Below are positions 35,708 to 39,927 of a stretch of DNA of 39,927 nucleotides, piece by piece. Every line of letters begins with the position of its first letter. Positions within the stretch are counted from its first letter, which is position 1. Position numbers and translations under genes: made by a program. The stretch spans positions 1 through 39,927 of IMG/VR virus record IMGVR_UViG_3300016263_000565; one strand, given 5' to 3'. Below the pieces are notes generated by a model. The model did no database searches. It saw only the letters and a list, made by a program, of their open reading frames with translations, and was not told the DNA's origin. This stretch comes from a virus. Its lineage: Duplodnaviria; Caudoviricetes.

Positions 35708-36209
35708 CTTTCCTCCTTGTGATTGCGTGGAAGGTATCTGCTAGGGTACCTTCGTACGGTACTGAGCAATTGTCCGTTAGGATTGGTCCTCCTTTCTCTT
35801 CTCCTGGGAATACAACTTCGTCGTCAATGGCGTAGTTGGATACGACATGCCCCCACCTACCGCAATCCTCGCAATAGAGGGCAGCGCAGCAGCCATCATC
35901 AAAGATGACATCTGGAGATTCGTGTCCCAGCCTCTTCATCTCCTCCATTACTGGGGCTATGCATTTTAGCAGGTCATCATTAACATAATGAGGCATCACC
36001 GTGAGTTTGATTTCTCGCGCCGTTTGCCTACGTCTTGCCGCAGCCTTGTTGCTCTTCGGCATCTTGGCATCGGTACTACGAAGCAGTTCTACTAGCGACG
36101 CATACGCCTCTGTCCTGCTACCGCATAGACAATCATCATCACCGTCACCATGAATGTGGCACTTAGCAACTGCAATAGCATACGCTTCAGCCTGCCTCGC
36201 CACTTCCAT
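35700..36209 (-). CDS. Cys-rich hypothetical protein
   Basis: Start probably 36209 or 36203; CHIH...CLC, CC and CEDC clusters. Confidence 0.55.
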   Translation of the reverse strand: MEVARQAEAYAIAVAKCHIHGDGDDDCLCGSRTEAYASLVELLRSTDAKMPKSNKAAARRRQTAREIKLTVMPHYVNDDLLKCIAPVMEEMKRLGHESPDVIFDDGCCAALYCEDCGRWGHVVSNYAIDDEVVFPGEEKGGPILTDNCSVPYEGTLADTFHAITRRKDE

Positions 36210-36465
36210 CTTGAGCCGCTTCCGCATCGTCACGGGTAACCTCCAATACTCTTTGCTCTTCGGTAAACATTCCGTTAAGCCATTCAAATCCGATGAAGTC
36301 AAGGACATTTCCGTTTGCTTCAAACGTTTCGTCCCATACCTCTTCGGTTAAGTCCATGATAAGTTCTCGTGCTGAGTTCTCGGCATCCTCGCTGTCGCTA
36401 GATCCATGTACAAGAACGCCATACATAACTGGTACCCATACGACTCGTTCTTTTAGTTCATCCAT
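36187..36465 (-). CDS. acidic hypothetical protein
   Basis: AGGAG upstream; D/E-rich. Confidence 0.6.
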   Translation of the reverse strand: MDELKERVVWVPVMYGVLVHGSSDSEDAENSARELIMDLTEEVWDETFEANGNVLDFIGFEWLNGMFTEEQRVLEVTRDDAEAAQDGSGEAG

Positions 36466-36539
36466 AAGACAACAACTCCTACTGCTAATAGTGCCGTGGC
36501 TATGCCAGCAAAGTATGCTACGTCGCTACTAGTGTCCAC
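36453..36539 (-). CDS. 28-aa single-TM peptide (MDTSSDVAYFAGIATALLAVGVVVLWMN), not in the ORF track
   Basis: GGAGG upstream of GTG; fills the operon gap; hydrophobic. Confidence 0.4.
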   Translation of the reverse strand: MDTSSDVAYFAGIATALLAVGVVVLWMN

Positions 36540-36810
36540 GATCTCTACCCTCCCGAACCATTGCCTCAATGGGATTCTCTGGCGGTGTGATCCGATCAAA
36601 CATCTCCTTGTTGACGATGATCGCAAGCGGTTCTGCGCTTACGTTGTATCCCTCTTCGCCTTGCTTGATGTCTTCGTCGTCGTTGAACGCAACGATGACC
36701 GCCACGTCATCTCCGTCTACTGTTGCACGCATCAGTCGGAGATCTTCTTCTCCGTATACGATGCGGTCGTATGCCTCTTGCTCTTGATCAGTAAGCCACT
36801 TCAGTACCAC
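36529..36810 (-). CDS. hypothetical protein, 93 aa
   Basis: GAGGGG SD-like motif before GTG; operon packing. Confidence 0.65.
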   Translation of the reverse strand: MVLKWLTDQEQEAYDRIVYGEEDLRLMRATVDGDDVAVIVAFNDDEDIKQGEEGYNVSAEPLAIIVNKEMFDRITPPENPIEAMVREGRDRGH

Positions 36811-37312
36811 TGGTATCCCCCTCTACCTTATTCTGTTCCTGTCGTTCTGGGTGCAGCACGTTGCGGATAGCCAGAGCGTTATGCTCAAACGTTGCAACAG
36901 TGAAGTCATCCCACTTCTTTACGAAGTCAGCCAGATTGTAAAGCATTGTTGAGAATGCTGCAAGTTTCTGGCGCTGAGTATCCCGTTCCTCTTCTGCCCC
37001 CTCTTCTTTGCCATCCTGAAGCACTTTCTCGTAAACATCCCATGCGTTGTCCATAAGATCAGTTACGCTAAGGTTATCAAAGGCTTCACGTACGCCATCA
37101 TTAGCGACTTCTTGGCAGTCTACACATGACCACGTATCGTGTTCGTGCGACTCCTTGCCTTCCTCAACTCCAGTGTCAAACATGTCCTCGCACTCGGAGC
37201 ATCCGAACCTATCGTGATCGTGATCATCAAGGTCTTCAACGTCATTGCGAAGGTCGTTCATGTTCACGATGATATCATCAACTGACCTAATCAAATCATT
37301 CTTGTCCGTCAT
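36788..37312 (-). CDS. acidic protein with a duplicated HxHD-x3-CxxC motif
   Basis: AGGAGG SD; HDHDRFGCSEC and HEHDTWSCVDC. Confidence 0.7.
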   Translation of the reverse strand: MTDKNDLIRSVDDIIVNMNDLRNDVEDLDDHDHDRFGCSECEDMFDTGVEEGKESHEHDTWSCVDCQEVANDGVREAFDNLSVTDLMDNAWDVYEKVLQDGKEEGAEEERDTQRQKLAAFSTMLYNLADFVKKWDDFTVATFEHNALAIRNVLHPERQEQNKVEGDTSGTEVAY

Positions 37313-37339
37313 ATTTCCTCCTAATATATTTATATAATA

Positions 37340-37552
37340 CTAAGCAAGTTCAATGATAAACTGATTATCTATGAGATCACTAAGTACCCCATCCAGATAC
37401 TTTGTTTCTACTGCTAGTCCGCTACCAAACCATACTGCCTCCTCTGATACCCTATCTTTGATGAACTCTCTTGCCCTATCGTTCTTAGCGATAAGCAGAG
37501 ATACCGATCCGCCGTCGTGAATAACTTTGAAGTCAGTTATCGGATGAGTCAT
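37340..37552 (-). CDS. hypothetical protein (MTHPITDF...)
   Basis: GAGGAG SD before ATG at 37552. Confidence 0.65.
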   Translation of the reverse strand: MTHPITDFKVIHDGGSVSLLIAKNDRAREFIKDRVSEEAVWFGSGLAVETKYLDGVLSDLIDNQFIIELA

Positions 37553-37766
37553 GACCACTCCTCTTCGCCCTATCTCTTAGGTAGTTTGAAATCTGTCCAA
37601 GTGGAACCACAATATTCTCTGCAATAAGATCCGATTCCTCAGTAAACCCATCAAGGAAGTAGTCGGACTCAAGCCTAATCGCTTCTCGCATAGCCTCTTT
37701 GCACTTGAATAGAACTCCATCTTCTTTGTTTCTATACTGGATCTCTAGGTCGCTCATCTTACTCAT
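37533..37766 (-). CDS. hypothetical protein (MSKMSDLE...)
   Basis: GGAGG SD before ATG at 37766. Confidence 0.6.
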   Translation of the reverse strand: MSKMSDLEIQYRNKEDGVLFKCKEAMREAIRLESDYFLDGFTEESDLIAENIVVPLGQISNYLRDRAKRSGHDSSDN

Positions 37767-38100
37767 ACTGATCCTCCAGTCTTGACGCTCCCTCAAAGTG
37801 GCACTCGGTGCAGAATCCATTGCCTGCGTTTCCAGGATCTGCAGCCTCGCACCACGCTGGTGCAATCTCATCTTCGCATGCATGGCATACTTCTCCATGA
37901 GGATTGGTATCATCCCAAGAATAGATTGCCTTTGGGATCATGTCTTCGTCGTCTGTTGCATCTGCGGCAACCTGCCATAGTTCTTGATGCCTCGCAATCT
38001 GTATGATGTTTCCCTTGATTCCCCAGTTCTCAAACGTACAGAAGTTGCACCACATAACACCCTCGTAAGTATACCCTACTGGGATCGGAGCCTCAGCCAT
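37759..38100 (-). CDS. Cys-rich protein with three CxxC motifs
   Basis: GGAGGT SD; CNFC, CHAC and CTEC. Confidence 0.7.
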   Translation of the reverse strand: MAEAPIPVGYTYEGVMWCNFCTFENWGIKGNIIQIARHQELWQVAADATDDEDMIPKAIYSWDDTNPHGEVCHACEDEIAPAWCEAADPGNAGNGFCTECHFEGASRLEDQYE

Positions 38101-38527
38101 AGATAACCTCCCCAAAGATTGCGTACTGTACGATTACGTCGCATGACGTAGCGTCAAAGTCCATCTCAACATCGCCTTCTCCACGATGATCTACACCGTG
38201 GATGAGATGCGGCATGTTCTCAATCAGAGCAATCACCCCCTTCTCTAGTGTCTTCTTGTCTAGTGCAATCCACGTATTAGAGAATCGCTCAGGCTCTACC
38301 TGCTCATCGTCCTCTCTAATCCATACGAACACATAGTCGTCAGGAAGATCTCTTAACTTATCTCCTGCCCATCTATCTGTTTCAGCGAGCGGGTTCTTCT
38401 CGCTTTCGTACCAGTCCCTCCAGTTGTAGTCCTTCACTTCTGCCCAGTAGTTAGTGCCACCCTCTACTGCGCAATGCACAATGTCGGCAGCGTCTTGGTT
38501 CGTAAGGGTAATGCTGTTGATCTTCAT
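38093..38527 (-). CDS. conserved-looking phage hypothetical protein
   Basis: EGG.NYWA and DA...D.IVQ.AIFGEV.YG motifs recalled from other phage early proteins; AGGAGG upstream. Confidence 0.75.
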   Translation of the reverse strand: MKINSITLTNQDAADIVHCAVEGGTNYWAEVKDYNWRDWYESEKNPLAETDRWAGDKLRDLPDDYVFVWIREDDEQVEPERFSNTWIALDKKTLEKGVIALIENMPHLIHGVDHRGEGDVEMDFDATSCDVIVQYAIFGEVIYG

Positions 38528-38880
38528 ACTTCTATCGCTCCTCCTACAGCAATGTAGATGTCTGGCTCTACGTCAAGGTTGTACGCTGAGTACTCAAACG
38601 CCAAGCCCATGTACTTCATTGCCCATTGAGTAAGAACTTCCTTCACATAGGTTTCGTCAAACACATCGTACGAACACGACGTACTCTCTACCTCAATCCA
38701 ATGGTACTCTCGTGCTTTCCACTTGCCGTCTTGCTGCTGCCCTTCTCCCGTTGCGTTCACGTTAAACCCATGCGAGAAGAGCCACTCCTCTACTGCCTTG
38801 ACCGCATCGGGCATCCAGTTGTTTAGCGATGTGATCCCTGTGTGCTGGATGTTGATGTACACCTTAGCGTGTGCGCTCAT
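38524..38880 (-). CDS. hypothetical protein (MSAHAKVY...)
   Basis: AAGGAGG SD before ATG at 38880. Confidence 0.7.
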   Translation of the reverse strand: MSAHAKVYINIQHTGITSLNNWMPDAVKAVEEWLFSHGFNVNATGEGQQQDGKWKAREYHWIEVESTSCSYDVFDETYVKEVLTQWAMKYMGLAFEYSAYNLDVEPDIYIAVGGAIEV

Positions 38881-39044
38881 AGATCCTCCTTTGCTGCTGC
38901 TCTTATGCATAGGTTGCAACCACAACTCCACTCGTTATAGCACTCCTCGCATAGCGGGCGACCACTCCACTCAATCGTTTCACTCCATTCGTCGCCGCAG
39001 TTATCGCAAGGCTTGTAGTCTTCGTCTTCGCTCATCGGACTCAT
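38877..39044 (-). CDS. 55-aa Cys-rich mini-protein MSPMSEDEDYKPCDNCGDEWSETIEWSGRPLCEECYNEWSCGCNLCIRAAAKEDL (not in the ORF track)
   Basis: GGAGG SD; ATGA overlaps at both ends; CxxC, CxxC and CxCxxC. Confidence 0.7.
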   Translation of the reverse strand: MSPMSEDEDYKPCDNCGDEWSETIEWSGRPLCEECYNEWSCGCNLCIRAAAKEDL

Positions 39045-39430
39045 TGATCCTCCCCATAGAACATGCGTGCTGCTCCTGCGTGGTCGCCCGATTCCTCAAG
39101 CATCTTGATTGTTTCTAACTCGTATGCTTGCAAGTCCCGCTGTCCGATCTCTCGCAGGGCTAGAGCGAACTGGTACTGCGCTCCAGTTGCAGCAATCGTG
39201 GACTCGTGCAGTTTAGCCCCTGCTTGGCACTTGCTGCACGTATTTGCAACATCGTCTTGCATTGAGCATAACTCATGGCACATGCAATCGTACGGCTCGC
39301 AGCACATCTGCCGCTCGTCATACCAGTCTATGAGATCCATGAGGTCTTCCCTTACTCGCTCGTCTAGTTCCATCCAATGCTCACGTGCCTCGTTGTCTTG
39401 GTGTATGCGCTTTGCTTCGGAGTAGTTCAT
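39041..39430 (-). CDS. Cys-rich hypothetical protein
   Basis: GGAGGT SD; CC...CMC...C...CSKC. Confidence 0.65.
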   Translation of the reverse strand: MNYSEAKRIHQDNEAREHWMELDERVREDLMDLIDWYDERQMCCEPYDCMCHELCSMQDDVANTCSKCQAGAKLHESTIAATGAQYQFALALREIGQRDLQAYELETIKMLEESGDHAGAARMFYGEDQ

Positions 39431-39648
39431 CGCTTGACCTCCTCAATCATGATGCGCCCGCCGCCGTTCATCTCGTCATCCTCGCTGATGGTTGCCCATA
39501 CCTCACGACCATCCATGAATCCGATGCGCAACATCGGGAAGCCGTCGCTTGATACGCCGCCACCGATGATGTACCCGCCTGCTAGTGGGCGGATCATCTC
39601 GTTCAGTATGTACTCACGTGTGAAGTCATCCATTTCTTCGTCGTACAT
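39427..39648 (-). CDS. acidic hypothetical protein, 73 aa
   Basis: AGGAGG SD; TAATG and ATGA overlaps. Confidence 0.65.
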   Translation of the reverse strand: MYDEEMDDFTREYILNEMIRPLAGGYIIGGGVSSDGFPMLRIGFMDGREVWATISEDDEMNGGGRIMIEEVKR

Positions 39649-39927
39649 TACGCCTCCTGCTTGACTGGGTTGGGGACTACGTTAAGGTAGTACTTATCTC
39701 GGTACTCCTCTGGTACTGCTGCTCGGATAAACTTATCTCGTTGGTACATCCCGTTCGTACGGGAGAGTTCCTTGCTCAATCCTTGCACAAACTTCCAATG
39801 CATCCACGCCAGTACCTCACGCTCAAACAGCGTGTACTTCTGCTCTTCGCCCTCGTACTCTATGTACGTGAAGTGATCCTTGCACTGGTCTGCGATCCAT
39901 TGGAAGTCCCTCTTGGTAAACTTCGGT
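39648..39927 (-). CDS. 3' part of the junction-spanning 98-aa protein (...PKFTKRDFQWIA...SRTNGMYQRDKFIRAA...QEA)
   Basis: Open frame from the window end to TAA at 39648-39650; start lies at nt 17; resembles the common phage T.KD...IA / NP.F.R..F..A family. Confidence 0.8.
   Translation of the reverse strand, partial: PKFTKRDFQWIADQCKDHFTYIEYEGEEQKYTLFEREVLAWMHWKFVQGLSKELSRTNGMYQRDKFIRAAVPEEYRDKYYLNVVPNPVKQEA

Noticed and set aside
37311-37345. AT-rich spacer containing TATAAT as a promoter
   Set aside because: The TATAAT is on the antisense strand and no properly spaced -35/-10 pair was found on the coding strand
1-39927. Alternative genetic code or stop-codon readthrough
   Set aside because: TAA, TAG and TGA all end full-length conserved genes and coding density is high under the standard code

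Overview
The window looks like a complete, circularly permuted 39.9 kb dsDNA tailed-phage (Caudoviricetes) genome: a minus-strand gene starting at nt 17 reads in frame across the end/start junction. There are two divergent arms separated by a control region at about 2230-2870. The plus arm (2872-30231) is the virion module: very basic putative internal proteins, a collagen tail fibre, a Gly-rich protein, a C39-like peptidase, TerS-like and TerL, portal, two large putative ejection proteins, scaffold, an N4-gp56-type capsid, an adaptor, then Dit-like and Tal/hub-like proteins. I could not identify a tail tube, tape measure or sheath. The minus arm (2226 down to 1, then 39927 down to 30272) carries many small, often Cys/His-rich early proteins, then DnaB, a Cas4-like nuclease, an RlpA-like DPBB protein, ERF, an SSB-like protein, a XapX/DUF1427 protein missed by the ORF track, an Hjc-like resolvase, an HTH-fused DnaQ-like exonuclease and an LL-H-type holin. 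I recognised no integrase, polymerase, primase, methyltransferase, tRNA or CRISPR array. The most notable points are the apparently tube-less Dit/Tal tail combined with a set of putative ejection and basic proteins, strong two-tier restriction-site avoidance, and a cluster of switchable RNA hairpins in the first early operon. All family calls come from motif recognition by eye, not database searches.
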